IMG/VR virus record: IMGVR_UViG_3300005689_000302
Span: 1 to 64,000 of that record
Strand: one strand, 5' to 3'
Length of the DNA stretch: 64,000 nucleotides
Origin: a virus
Taxonomy: Duplodnaviria; Caudoviricetes
Part shown: piece by piece, positions 35,806 to 45,585 of the stretch
Layout: every line of letters begins with the position of its first letter
Numbering within the stretch: position 1 is the first letter of the stretch
The notes under the pieces: model-generated
The model's database searches: none
The model's input: only the letters and a program-made list of their open reading frames with translations
What the model was told of the DNA's origin: nothing
Translations under genes and position numbers: made by a program

Positions 35806-36843
35806 GTGCCCGCTTTTCCTTCGCAATACAACACCTACCTGCCTTCGACGGAAGCGACGAAGCACCTGGTCGTCGACTATTCGCGGAATCCGAATTCGTT
35901 CGCGCTGCCGAGCTGGGCGCAGTACGTGAAGGTTTCCAAGAACGTCGGCCGTTACATTGAAATGACGGTCGAAATGGCCGGCCGGCTGTTGTCGACCGAC
36001 GGCGCCGATCTGATGTGGGCCGACGGCGCCGATGAACCGGCGGGCAACGGCAACGTCGAGTCGTTCGACTTCAAGCCTTACCTGACGCAGCGTTTCACGT
36101 CGGCGTACAGCCTGGGCGATCTCTCCGTCGAGCAAGCCGAGTGGGACATTCTCGCGCAGCACGCCCGGATCCACGCACAGCGGATGATGACCTTCCGCAC
36201 GCAGAAGGCGGTGACGCTGATTCAAACCAGCGGCAACTGGCCCTCGGGCAACACTAGCGCCGTCAGCTCGATTTCCGGCGTGACCGGCAAGCACGACGTT
36301 TCCACCACCGCCCGCCGCGACATCAAGCGCTCGCTCGATTACGGCGCCGACGTGATTCGCAAGGCCACGCTCGGCGCGGTCAAGCCAGAGGACTTGATCT
36401 TCCTCGTCTCGCCGGGCTATGCTCGCAAAATCGCCAACTCGCAAGAGATTGTCGATTACATCAAGGGCTCGCCGGCGGCCGAGAAGGACGTCAAAGAGGG
36501 CCTCGGCCCCAACTCGCAATACGGGCTTCCCACTACGCTGTATTCCTACCCCATCCGGGTGGAAGACGCAGTCAAAGTGACTTCCCGCAAGGGCGCGACG
36601 AAAGCGACGTCGTACATCATGAGCGATAGCTCGCCGGTCTTGCTGTCGCGCGTCGGCGGCCTCGAAGGCGTCGAAGGCTCGCCGAGCTTCTCGACCGTCA
36701 CCGTCTTCCTGAAGGAAGAAATGACCGTCGAAAGCAAGCACGATCGCGACAATCGCCGCCACAAAGCGCGCGTCGTCGATGACTTCGACGTCAGACTCAC
36801 TTCCGGAATTTCGGGTTTTCTCTTTACGTCGGCTTGTGACTGA
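35806..36843 (+). CDS. Major capsid protein (HK97-fold inferred)
   Basis: 345 aa; order protease-decoration-MCP-adaptor; C-terminal strand pattern VVDDFDVRLTSGISGFLFT. Confidence 0.85.
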   Translation: MPAFPSQYNTYLPSTEATKHLVVDYSRNPNSFALPSWAQYVKVSKNVGRYIEMTVEMAGRLLSTDGADLMWADGADEPAGNGNVESFDFKPYLTQRFTSAYSLGDLSVEQAEWDILAQHARIHAQRMMTFRTQKAVTLIQTSGNWPSGNTSAVSSISGVTGKHDVSTTARRDIKRSLDYGADVIRKATLGAVKPEDLIFLVSPGYARKIANSQEIVDYIKGSPAAEKDVKEGLGPNSQYGLPTTLYSYPIRVEDAVKVTSRKGATKATSYIMSDSSPVLLSRVGGLEGVEGSPSFSTVTVFLKEEMTVESKHDRDNRRHKARVVDDFDVRLTSGISGFLFTSACD

Positions 36844-36846
36844 AAT

Positions 36847-38019
36847 TCAGTCAGAGACAAGTTGAAGCAAAGGAGAAAAGTCGTTGTCAAGAATGTGACG
36901 CGGGTAGATTTCTATCAACTTGGCGCCGCACTCCTGATAGCGACTGCACTTCAGCGATTTCGTCTGCTCGTATTTTGTGGAGTTCGTGACGCCCCACACT
37001 TCAATGTAGGTGTCGCCCACAAGAAAATCGCCTCGGTGATTCGACTTCCAAGGAACCTTCGGTTCTGTTCGATGAAGAATGCCGTGGCTGTAAAGCCAGT
37101 TGCAGACAGCTCGCTCTAGCCCTGAACGAACAACGTGATTGTCGTCGCATTTCAGGCGCCTTCCCCAGCCCTCGTAGCGATTGCGAATGCCTTTCTGTTT
37201 TAGGCGCGAACTGACTATCCGGTCTGTGGACCCTAAAGCGCGAGAGATTTCCTGAACTGTCATTCCTGAGTCATAGAGTCGAACGATTTCATCGACTGGC
37301 ACTTCGATCCAGTTTGGATTGTCGGGGCCGTGAAAACCGGCGAATTCATGCGAGTAGGCGGATCGAGGTTTGGTCGCCGCGCCCATCGCGTGAAGTCGAT
37401 AGATGATGCCCGCCGGCGAAACGCCGTATCGTTCAGCAAGAACGAAGCTGCTGTCGCCGGCAAGATACTCGGCAAGAATCTGCTGATCGTCCAACTTGTC
37501 GCTCTTCGGGCGGCCAGTTGGAAGGCCGGAGCAATTCCTGTCTCGATAGCGGGATGCAGTCGCTAGGTGAAGGGCGTGACCTCGCTCGCTTTGGGCGTAG
37601 CGTTTCCTGCGTTCCTTCACTTCCGGCCGACGTTCGTATTCGAGTCGTTTCGCCTTTCCCTCGGGTGACTGCCGATAAGCCTTGCCTCGCTCATTCTCGC
37701 GCTGGCGAACGCCGTCCTTCAACCGATGGCGCCGCTGGGCAATCCGGGCTTGCTGGCGATTGTATTCCTCGACGGTCGAGCCGAGCTCGGCCGCGACGCT
37801 GACCTTTGACCGCTTCGGCTTCACGCCGAGACGCCGATTCCGTTCCGTTTCATAGATTCGCTTGCACGGTCGGCAAAAAGAGAACACGCCCGACTTGGCG
37901 CGTCGAGACGGCGGGAAATCGCCGATCGGCTTGGTTTGTCCGCATCGCGGACAGAGTTTTGTAATCGGCTTGTCCCTGTGACAAGCGGCGCATTGCGCGG
38001 TAGGCTCTGAGACAGCCAT
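36847..38019 (-). CDS. Free-standing PD-(D/E)XK-type (homing-like) endonuclease with Zn finger and HTH repeats
   Basis: CPRCGQTKP...FCRPC Zn finger; two HTH repeats; GPDNPNW; C-terminal RSGLE...NWL...GI...EP...GDF...IEVWG...Y...K...Y; antisense, visibly lower GC3. Confidence 0.8.
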   Translation of the reverse strand: MAVSEPTAQCAACHRDKPITKLCPRCGQTKPIGDFPPSRRAKSGVFSFCRPCKRIYETERNRRLGVKPKRSKVSVAAELGSTVEEYNRQQARIAQRRHRLKDGVRQRENERGKAYRQSPEGKAKRLEYERRPEVKERRKRYAQSERGHALHLATASRYRDRNCSGLPTGRPKSDKLDDQQILAEYLAGDSSFVLAERYGVSPAGIIYRLHAMGAATKPRSAYSHEFAGFHGPDNPNWIEVPVDEIVRLYDSGMTVQEISRALGSTDRIVSSRLKQKGIRNRYEGWGRRLKCDDNHVVRSGLERAVCNWLYSHGILHRTEPKVPWKSNHRGDFLVGDTYIEVWGVTNSTKYEQTKSLKCSRYQECGAKLIEIYPRHILDNDFSPLLQLVSD

Positions 38020-38129
38020 GATTCGCCCTTTCTTCGGAAGGGTGGTTGTGGTGAGAGCCGCCAGTGGTGCGTCAACACCTTGGCGGCTCGCTTCATTTTA
38101 GCGGCCGTGCAGCAAAAGCAAGTTTTCGC

Positions 38130-38639
38130 ATGGCCGCTTTCGCCACTTCCGCCGATATGCTCGCGCGCTACGACGCGCGATCGCTCGGCGACTTGTGCAG
38201 CGACAACGGCGAACCGGTGACGGCGGCGCAGCTTGCCGCCAACTCGAAGATGACGACGGCGCTCGCCGACGCGACGGGGCAAATGCTGGCGGCCTGCCTT
38301 CGCGGCGGCCGCTACACGGCGGCCGACCTGGCCGGCCTGACCGACGAATCGCTGAGCTACCGCAACCGCATCTGCTGCGTGCTGGCGTTCTGGAACCTAT
38401 GGGACCGGAAACCTTACACGAGCGACGAAGCGCGGAAGGCGGCGAAAGAGGAAGCGAAGGAAATGCTCGAAATGCTCCGCACAGGCGAGCAGATCTTCGA
38501 CGTCGCCGCCACGATCGCCGCCAGCATCCCCGACGTCGACACCGTAACCAACGTCGAAATCGCCACCTGGAATCTACTGCCCGATCAATGCCGGCATGGC
38601 CGGTATTACCCGCGGCGGCGCACGTTCAACAACCGCTAA
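38130..38639 (+). CDS. Head-tail adaptor (Mu gp36/DUF1320-like)
   Basis: MAAFATSADMLARYD...ALADATGQMLAACLRGGRY...ICCVLAFWNL...AKEMLEML. Confidence 0.8.
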   Translation: MAAFATSADMLARYDARSLGDLCSDNGEPVTAAQLAANSKMTTALADATGQMLAACLRGGRYTAADLAGLTDESLSYRNRICCVLAFWNLWDRKPYTSDEARKAAKEEAKEMLEMLRTGEQIFDVAATIAASIPDVDTVTNVEIATWNLLPDQCRHGRYYPRRRTFNNR

Positions 38640-38640
38640 G

Positions 38641-38721
38641 GCGGCTCAAGGGGCGCGGCGGCTACGCGCAGTCAGCGGGATCATGCGGCCGCTGATGGGC
38701 GCCGCCGCGACCCTTGGCCGC
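38641..38721 (+). other. About 80-nt multi-segment stem-loop between adaptor and tail tube genes
   Basis: gcggc/gccgc, caaggg/cccttg, cgcggcggc/gccgccgcg and tcagcgg/ccgctga arms. Confidence 0.65.
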
Positions 38722-38754
38722 TTCTCTCCTTCCGACTTCTGACGTTTTTTTCTT

Positions 38755-39225
38755 ATGGCCATCGAACACGTCGTTTCCGGCCCGGTCATCGTCACCTTCG
38801 ACGCGGTGCCGCTCGGCTACTCCCGCGACGGAGTGCGCGTCGAGATTGCGCCGCGCTGGCTGGACGTGCATAGCGACGACTTCGGCGGCGAAGCGGGCGC
38901 GCCGAGCGATTCGCAGTTGATGGGTGCGATGGCCACGATCACCGCCGAGTTGACGAAGTTCGACGCGGCGCTCGTCGCCGCTTTAACGAGCTTCGAAGAA
39001 TCGGGCACGGCCGGCACGCTGCCGACGCTCGGTTCGTTCGTCCGGCAAAGTCAGCTTGCCGCGACGCTCCTGCTGAACGGCTCGATTCAAGACTGGACCT
39101 TCGCCACCGCCTTTTTGCGGCGGCCGATGGACTTCAACGCCGGCATGCGCTACCAAACGTGGACGATGGGCTGGGAAGCCTGGATCGACGCTGCGGCGAC
39201 GCGCGTCTTGCTGGCGCTGGCGTAA
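38755..39225 (+). CDS. Tail tube (major tail) protein
   Basis: LGYSRDGVRVEI.P...V.SD..G.....D....G..ATITAELTKFD pattern; position before the chaperone. Confidence 0.7.
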   Translation: MAIEHVVSGPVIVTFDAVPLGYSRDGVRVEIAPRWLDVHSDDFGGEAGAPSDSQLMGAMATITAELTKFDAALVAALTSFEESGTAGTLPTLGSFVRQSQLAATLLLNGSIQDWTFATAFLRRPMDFNAGMRYQTWTMGWEAWIDAAATRVLLALA

Positions 39226-39256
39226 CTGTTTTGTTCCTCTTCTCACCGATCACCGC

Positions 39257-39790
39257 ATGATCTTTTCCTTTCTTTCGCGCCTCTTCCGGCGCGGCGGTCA
39301 CACCGAGCGCCAGCGCGCAATCTTTTCGTTTTGGGACGGCGCGCGCCTGAAGCGCGTCGATCCGCTCGTCGTGCATCGCGCGATGTGGTCCCACCCGACG
39401 TGCCGTATCGAAGCAGACTTCAAGGCGGCCGACAACGGCGACAACGAAGCGTTCGATCGGATCATCGCCATGACGCGCGAAATCTTTGGCGTCTCGGCGT
39501 GGAGCGAAGAGACTGAGGGCCTGACGATCGGCGAAACGCGGGCGCTGCTGCTCGAGTTTCTCGCCTATGTCGATGTCAAAAAAAAAGCGCCCGAGAGCTT
39601 GCCGCCTGCGTCGCCACCTTCGGCCTCGGAATCATCCCCGGCGGAATCGAGCGACTCGATTACGGAACCCGCGTCGGACTCATTTTCAACCAAGACTCTA
39701 TTGAACGGCGCCGAGCTTACTATCAGCTCGAAGCGTTCGCGCAAGCCTTGGGAGGTGGAGCTCTTGGAAAAGAGTGGTTTGACGCCCTAG
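39257..39790 (+). CDS. Tail assembly chaperone (gpG-like)
   Basis: Between tube and TMP; A9 slippery run at 39578-39586; S/P-rich zero-frame tail. Confidence 0.75.
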   Translation: MIFSFLSRLFRRGGHTERQRAIFSFWDGARLKRVDPLVVHRAMWSHPTCRIEADFKAADNGDNEAFDRIIAMTREIFGVSAWSEETEGLTIGETRALLLEFLAYVDVKKKAPESLPPASPPSASESSPAESSDSITEPASDSFSTKTLLNGAELTISSKRSRKPWEVELLEKSGLTP

Positions 39791-39867
39791 CGCTCTCCGA
39801 CGAAGAAGCCGAAGCGCAGCACAAGCGCGCCTCGCTCAATTACGCGCTGCGCAGCGGCGGGCGATAG
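39257..39867 (+). CDS. Tail assembly chaperone gpGT-like product via programmed -1 frameshift at 39578-39586
   Basis: -1 frame after A AAA AAA reads SARELAACVATFGLGIIPGG...EWFDALALSDEEAEAQHKRASLNYALRSGGR* (stop 39865-39867) with GC3-rich codons. Confidence 0.75.
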
Positions 39868-39920
39868 CGTGCTTTCCTGCCGCCTCCGCTCTGACTTCTG
39901 GCCTCTGACCTTTCCTTCCC

Positions 39921-41183
39921 TTGCCTCTTCCCGCACTTGCCGCCGCGCTCGCACGCGTCGCCGGGCCCGTTATCGCCCGCGCGGGGCCCGCTCTCTCACG
40001 CGCTCTTGGTTCGGGCGGATCGGCCGCCAGCCAAGCGGCGGCGAAGGCGGGCACGAGCGCCACGGCGAAGGCCGGCGCACAAGGCGCCACGCGCGGCTCT
40101 CTCTCGCAATCGCTCGCGTCCGGCACTCGCCAAGCCTCGTCCACGGCCGGCGTCGTCAATCCTGCCGGCAAAGCGGCCGCACAGAAGCCGGCCACCTTCG
40201 CGCAAGCGCTAGAGATTGTCCAGTCGTTTACCGGCGGCGGTTCATCGCCCCAAGCCTCGTCCACGGCCGGCGTCGTCAATCCTGCCGGCAATAGTGGCTC
40301 GTCGGCGGCGGGCGGATCGCCTGGCGGCCCCTCGCCCGCGCCTTCTCCCGGATCGCCGCCTGGGCCTGGCCCTTCGCCTGGCGGCGGCGGCGCGCCTCCT
40401 GGTCCTGGCGGTTCTGGCGGTGGCGGCAATCCGCCCCCTGGTCCTGGTCCTGGCCCGGCGCCTGGCCCTTCGCCTGGCGGCGGCGGCTTCAATTTTGGCT
40501 CGCTCGGCAACTGGCTGGTCAACAACGGACCGCACGCGGCCCGGATCGCGCAGCACGCGATCGGGATCGGCGGTCAGCTCGGCCAGCACGCCGTCAACGC
40601 GGTGGCGGGGCCGGCCGAACAGCGCGTTTTCGGGGAAGCGACCGACGCCCTCGAGCGGATCGCCCGCGCCGACTTCCGCGTGCTGCTCGAAATGCCGGCG
40701 AATATGCGCCGCTGGGCGGAAGCCCTGCTCGACGGCCGTCGCGAGCTGATCCGCTTCAACTCGACGATGGCGGCGACGTTCGCCCGGGCCGAAGCGCGAC
40801 GCCTCGAGCGGAACATCGATAGCGGCCGCCGCACGGCCGGCACGACGGAAAACCTTTCCGACGCGCTCGAAGATCTGAAGGACACGATCCAGCCGTACGG
40901 CGACGCCACGACGAACGCGCTGCAGGCGATTCTGGCGTCTTTGGTGCGCACCACCGACAACACCCTGAAAATCGCCCAAGTCGCCAGCCCGGCGCTCGTC
41001 GTCGTCCAGTACATCGCCAAGAAAATCAACGAATGGTCGGAAAAGGGCGGGGTCGGCGACGGCTTCGACGCCTTCCTGATGGATGTCGATTCGCGGCGCC
41101 GGCCCGTCGGCGGCGATGTTCCGCTTCGTGAACGGCTGCGGATGGCCCGCGCCGCCGCGGCGCCGAGACGGAGACGCTCCTAG
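39921..41183 (+). CDS. Short tape-measure-like protein (420 aa)
   Basis: Directly after G/GT; Ala-rich helical N- and C-terminal parts with a P/G-rich middle. Confidence 0.6.
   Translation: MPLPALAAALARVAGPVIARAGPALSRALGSGGSAASQAAAKAGTSATAKAGAQGATRGSLSQSLASGTRQASSTAGVVNPAGKAAAQKPATFAQALEIVQSFTGGGSSPQASSTAGVVNPAGNSGSSAAGGSPGGPSPAPSPGSPPGPGPSPGGGGAPPGPGGSGGGGNPPPGPGPGPAPGPSPGGGGFNFGSLGNWLVNNGPHAARIAQHAIGIGGQLGQHAVNAVAGPAEQRVFGEATDALERIARADFRVLLEMPANMRRWAEALLDGRRELIRFNSTMAATFARAEARRLERNIDSGRRTAGTTENLSDALEDLKDTIQPYGDATTNALQAILASLVRTTDNTLKIAQVASPALVVVQYIAKKINEWSEKGGVGDGFDAFLMDVDSRRRPVGGDVPLRERLRMARAAAAPRRRRS
40130..40291 (+). repeat. 42-bp exact direct repeat x2 (QASSTAGVVNPAG), 120-nt period
   Basis: ccaagcctcgtccacggccggcgtcgtcaatcctgccggcaa at 40130 and 40250. 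Confidence 0.9.
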
Positions 41184-42904
41184 TGGCCACAAACATTACT
41201 TACAACGGCGTCACGATTCGCGACGTACTCACTGAGGACGTCGATTACACGAACGAGAACGACAAGACGGGCGTCGATCCCATCTTCACCCGCGTTCGCC
41301 TCTCGTTCCATTGCGTCTTGCACGATCTGCCGCAAGCGACGCTTGGCGTTTCGCACGGATCCAACATCGCCGCCAACCTGAATAGCCTGGTGCGGAAGCT
41401 GATGCTGCCGCGCCAGCGGTTCACGATGACGATCGGCGGCCGAACGCTCTTCGACGTCCAGCCGGCGCACTCGAAGCTGGAAGGACCGCTCAATGGCCGC
41501 GACGTGAACAACGGACCGAAGCCGAGCGTGAAGGTGCTGAAGATTCTCGGCGACCGAACGGCGCGGATCCGCTTCTCGATCGAGCTGGCGATTCCCAATT
41601 GCGGAAGCGCCGGCGCGGGCTATCTCAACCTTCGCTACTGGATCGCCGACGACATCGACGGCAATTGGCGCACAACGCGCATTTACCGCGGCCGGCTGCG
41701 CGTGGCCAGTAAAGCCGTCACGCCGCACGCCTTCCGAAACGTCGTCATGCCAAGCCTGGTCGCCGGTTTCCGCCGCGACGCGATCAGCCTCCGCGAAAGC
41801 GACGATGGCCTCGAGCTGGACTTCGAAATCCGCGACATTGAGCAATACGCCTCGGCGCCGTTCCCCGCCACGAAATGGCGCGGCAATCATATGGTCGTTT
41901 CGCCGTACGACGGCTCGGCGCTTTGCGAAAGCGAACTGCGCGTCGAGCTGGAAGGGCCAAACAGCGTTCACAAGACGCGCTTGGTTGCGCTCGCCGCCAG
42001 CATCATCAACAAGAAGCTCCACTACCTGGAACGGCGTGCCTCGATCATGCCGATCTACATCGCTTTCAACGAAGACCTGGCGGAAAACAAAGTCGACGCC
42101 GTCGCGCGGATCCGGCATATCGGCGAATATTGGGCCTATGCCGTCGAGCTTGGCAACCTCGGCAACTTCCTGCCGCCCGACGTCAACGCGGCGACGGGGC
42201 CTGGCGGGCAGTTCATCTACTACGATCCCTACCGCTCGCCGACGCCCGTTCCGACTGCCAGCCTGGCGGGGATCTTCCTCTCGTTCGTACAAACGCCCTG
42301 CGCTCCGGCGCAGATGCCGCAAGTGCAAACCGGCCAGCTCCAACATCCGTCGTACGGCGGGCAGGCGCTAGGGCCGGCGATCAGCATCACCTACGGGCCG
42401 CTGCCGGCCTGGCAACCGAATATCAGCCAATCGCACAAGAAGGCGGCCTACGCGACTTACCGCGCGCAGTCGCAGATCGAAGTTACCGGCGGACAGCTCG
42501 CGTTGCCGGTGGCGCGGCAAGCCGCCGCCAAGCTGCAAGACACGGTGGCGCTTGTAACGCTCCATCCGGGCGTTGCGCGGCGCACGGTGATTATCGACGC
42601 CGAGCGGATCGCCGAATGGCCGCAACTGCCGAAGCCGATCGACTTCAGCGATGAAAACGGGATCAAGCATACGGTGCTCGATCACGACGTCGAACCGGAA
42701 GCGCCGCCGCTGGCCGGCGACGTGCGAACGAACATCTTCAAGGCGAGCATGACGATCATCTATGCGATGAGCCGGCCGCCGCGGGCGGGCGAATCGCTGC
42801 CGGTCGGCAACCTGCCGTATCGCACGCCCGAGGGCGGCGCCTCGCCGACCAACAAGATTCCTTACCCGTACTTTGAGGATCCCAAGGGTCTAATCGCCAG
42901 TTAA
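41183..42904 (+). CDS. Tail/baseplate structural protein (putative distal tail/hub)
   Basis: Follows TMP; beta-rich, 573 aa. Confidence 0.55.
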   Translation: MATNITYNGVTIRDVLTEDVDYTNENDKTGVDPIFTRVRLSFHCVLHDLPQATLGVSHGSNIAANLNSLVRKLMLPRQRFTMTIGGRTLFDVQPAHSKLEGPLNGRDVNNGPKPSVKVLKILGDRTARIRFSIELAIPNCGSAGAGYLNLRYWIADDIDGNWRTTRIYRGRLRVASKAVTPHAFRNVVMPSLVAGFRRDAISLRESDDGLELDFEIRDIEQYASAPFPATKWRGNHMVVSPYDGSALCESELRVELEGPNSVHKTRLVALAASIINKKLHYLERRASIMPIYIAFNEDLAENKVDAVARIRHIGEYWAYAVELGNLGNFLPPDVNAATGPGGQFIYYDPYRSPTPVPTASLAGIFLSFVQTPCAPAQMPQVQTGQLQHPSYGGQALGPAISITYGPLPAWQPNISQSHKKAAYATYRAQSQIEVTGGQLALPVARQAAAKLQDTVALVTLHPGVARRTVIIDAERIAEWPQLPKPIDFSDENGIKHTVLDHDVEPEAPPLAGDVRTNIFKASMTIIYAMSRPPRAGESLPVGNLPYRTPEGGASPTNKIPYPYFEDPKGLIAS

Positions 42905-43347
42905 GAATCGGCGCCGACCATCGTCCATGTAAAGACTTCGCCGCTCTTGGGATGCAGATAAAAATCGTACGTTTTCGCGCCCTGCCACCGCCAGCGCAGC
43001 GTCGCGCGCACGACGACGACTTTCGTCCCGGGCGCTACTCCCTTGCTCGACAACAGTTCGGGGCGATAGTCGGGAATTACCGATCGCACGCCCTCGAAGC
43101 GAATATCGTCGGTCGGCCCGACATACATGCCGTTATGGGCGGCGATGTACTCGAGCACTTCCCGTTTCGCTGCGGCATGACCGCCGCCGCCGCCACCGCC
43201 GGCCAGCGCGAGCATGGCGACGAGCGCCACGCACGCCACGCCGCCGCCGGCGATCACTGGCGGCTTGGCGTACCACGGCTTGACGGGCGCTCGCCGAACG
43301 CCTGGCTTGGCGGGAATGAACGCGGGCGGCGGTTGGGTGGTGGTCAT
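42901..43347 (-). CDS. Antisense membrane-anchored moron protein
   Basis: ATG 43347; PWYAKPPVIAGGGVACVALVAMLALA TM segment then a soluble domain; opposite strand within the tail operon. Confidence 0.7.
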   Translation of the reverse strand: MTTTQPPPAFIPAKPGVRRAPVKPWYAKPPVIAGGGVACVALVAMLALAGGGGGGGHAAAKREVLEYIAAHNGMYVGPTDDIRFEGVRSVIPDYRPELLSSKGVAPGTKVVVVRATLRWRWQGAKTYDFYLHPKSGEVFTWTMVGADS

Positions 43348-43572
43348 GGCTCTGTGCTTCGAAGGGGCGAGACAAGCGCGAAAAGCAAATACCGATCCCT
43401 CCACTCTACGCGCCGGCGCGGGGCGACTCCAATCTGCGCGGGCGTTCAGATATGGGCAAAGTCAACACTAAGACGGCTGGCGGTTGTCTGATCCGACGCC
43501 GCGGCGAACAATAAAACATCCCACCGCGGCGCCTGCTCGGCGCGGCTGCTCTTCTCTCGTCTCTCGCGATTC

Positions 43573-45192
43573 ATGACGCTCGCCTTCTCCACGTTCTTTG
43601 CGCGCGCCGGCAAAGCCTTCCATGCGGTAAACACGCTGTTTACCGCCGAAGGAACGACGGTCGAAGACGAAGTCGAAGATTACGTCGATAACTTCGCCAC
43701 GCCAATAGAGCAAAATCAAGCGGCGGCCAACGTCTATCCGGCGCTTGTCGCCTGGCAGGCGGGCGGCTCGTCGCTGGTGACGGCGCTCTCGTTAAGCGTG
43801 CAAAGCTACCTCCGCGAGCTGGTCAAGGCCGACAATCCCCAGCCGAGCGACGACGCCTTAACGTCGGTCCGCGAGCTGATCCGGCAAATGCTCGCCAATA
43901 GCGAAAGCGTCGACGCCTCCACCGTCGCCGCCAGCGTGGCCTACGGCGGAAGCAACGTCGGCACGGGCGCGGTCGTCGCCAGCGTGAAGCGCGCCGACGG
44001 GAAAACAAACGAACATTGCCTGGCGGAAACGATCGAGTGCGAAATCCTCGATACCGAAGCGCTCGCCTTCAGCGCGCTCGGCGAAACGCCGGCCGACATC
44101 AACTCGCACCTGTGGCCTGACGGCTCGGGCGCGAGCGCCAGCTTGACGATCGTCGATTCGGCCAGCGGAACGAACCTCGTCACCAACGGCGGCTTCGAAG
44201 ATGAGGACGAGAACCTCGAGCATCTGCCCGAAGGGTGGATCGTGTCGGTCGGCACGCTCGGCACGACGCTGAAGCTCTCCGACGTCGAAATCCAAACGGT
44301 CGCGATCAGCGGCACGCCGACCGCCGGCTACTACCTGCTGCACTTCACGAATAGCGCCGGCAAGGTGCAAACGACTTTGCCGCTGGCCTTCGACGCCACC
44401 GCCGGTGACGTGCAAGCGGCGCTCCGCGAGCTGATCGGCCTGGAAGAAGTCGAAGTCAGCGCCAGCGGCACAAGCCCCAATCTGACGCATACGATCACCT
44501 TCGTTGGCGTCACCAATCCGGGCCAGCTCACGAGCACTAGCGGCCTAACTGGCGGCACGCCGGCGATCGCGCACAACACGACGACGGCCGCCAGCGCTAA
44601 CGTCATGCGCGGCGCCCGCTCGCTCGAGCTGGACAGTGACGGATCGCAGCTTACGACGATTCAGCGGCCGGTGGCGGTCGCCGCGCAAACGCAATACGGC
44701 GTCTGCGTCTGGATGAAAACCGATTCGGCGCCGGCCGCGGGCGTGATTACGATCGACCTGGTCGATGGGATCGGCGGCTCGGTCATCGCCGACGACGAAG
44801 GAACGAACAATTCGTTTACGGTCGATTGCACGGCGCTTACCACGAGCTTTGTCGCCAAGACGGGATCGTTCCGCCTGCCGGCGAACCTGCCGCCGATCGT
44901 GCTCTTGCGGATCCGGATCACAACGGCGATCAGCAACACAAGCTCGGTCTTCCTCGATGAAGCCTGCCTGGCGCCGATGGCGTCTCTGTACATCGGCGGG
45001 CCGAGCGCCGCCGCCTTTCAAGGGCCGGTGACGTTCGAGAAGGGCGACCGGGCGACGATCACGATCACCAACGATCGGGCCGGCGCTTTGCACGAGCACA
45101 TGAACCGCGTTTTCTCTTTGCGGGAAAACGATCTGCTTTTGCCGACCGATAGCGGCGGAAGCGAAACGCAAGCCGATAGTTTGATCGGCTAG
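43573..45192 (+). CDS. Virion structural protein with beta-sandwich/CBM-like modules
   Basis: NLVTNGGFED motif; VQTVAISGTPTAG...F...TLPLAFDATAGDVQAAL repeat module. Confidence 0.65.
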   Translation: MTLAFSTFFARAGKAFHAVNTLFTAEGTTVEDEVEDYVDNFATPIEQNQAAANVYPALVAWQAGGSSLVTALSLSVQSYLRELVKADNPQPSDDALTSVRELIRQMLANSESVDASTVAASVAYGGSNVGTGAVVASVKRADGKTNEHCLAETIECEILDTEALAFSALGETPADINSHLWPDGSGASASLTIVDSASGTNLVTNGGFEDEDENLEHLPEGWIVSVGTLGTTLKLSDVEIQTVAISGTPTAGYYLLHFTNSAGKVQTTLPLAFDATAGDVQAALRELIGLEEVEVSASGTSPNLTHTITFVGVTNPGQLTSTSGLTGGTPAIAHNTTTAASANVMRGARSLELDSDGSQLTTIQRPVAVAAQTQYGVCVWMKTDSAPAAGVITIDLVDGIGGSVIADDEGTNNSFTVDCTALTTSFVAKTGSFRLPANLPPIVLLRIRITTAISNTSSVFLDEACLAPMASLYIGGPSAAAFQGPVTFEKGDRATITITNDRAGALHEHMNRVFSLRENDLLLPTDSGGSETQADSLIG

Positions 45193-45229
45193 GCTCTTCA
45201 CTCCTTACTCTTCACCCACCACTCGACTC

Positions 45230-45529
45230 ATGGGCCTTGTAGGTCAACTGATCGGTCGCGCTCGCGACGTCTCGAAGGAAATCGCCGAGGCGCATGCCGC
45301 CGGTCGGCTCTCGAAGAAGGACGTCGCCGCCGTCATGCACGGCGTCGCCGAGGCCTTCGACGAAAACCGCGATCTGTTTCTCGAAGCGGTCCGGGCCGCG
45401 GGGGCGGAAGTCACTTCAGCCTATCCGCCGGCCGATCCGCCAGCCGCCGAAGCGCCCGCGGAAGAACCGCCGGCCGATCCTCCCGCGGAAGCCGATAGCG
45501 CGCCCGCCGACCCGCCAGCCGCCGAGTAA
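45230..45529 (+). CDS. Small acidic P/A-rich protein
   Basis: ATG after a heptamer leader; acidic PA tail. Confidence 0.7.
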   Translation: MGLVGQLIGRARDVSKEIAEAHAAGRLSKKDVAAVMHGVAEAFDENRDLFLEAVRAAGAEVTSAYPPADPPAAEAPAEEPPADPPAEADSAPADPPAAE

Positions 45530-45585
45530 TTCGCCGGCTGTCGCCGCTTTTCTAGCCACTCGTCACTTTTCACTCATGGTTCGTT

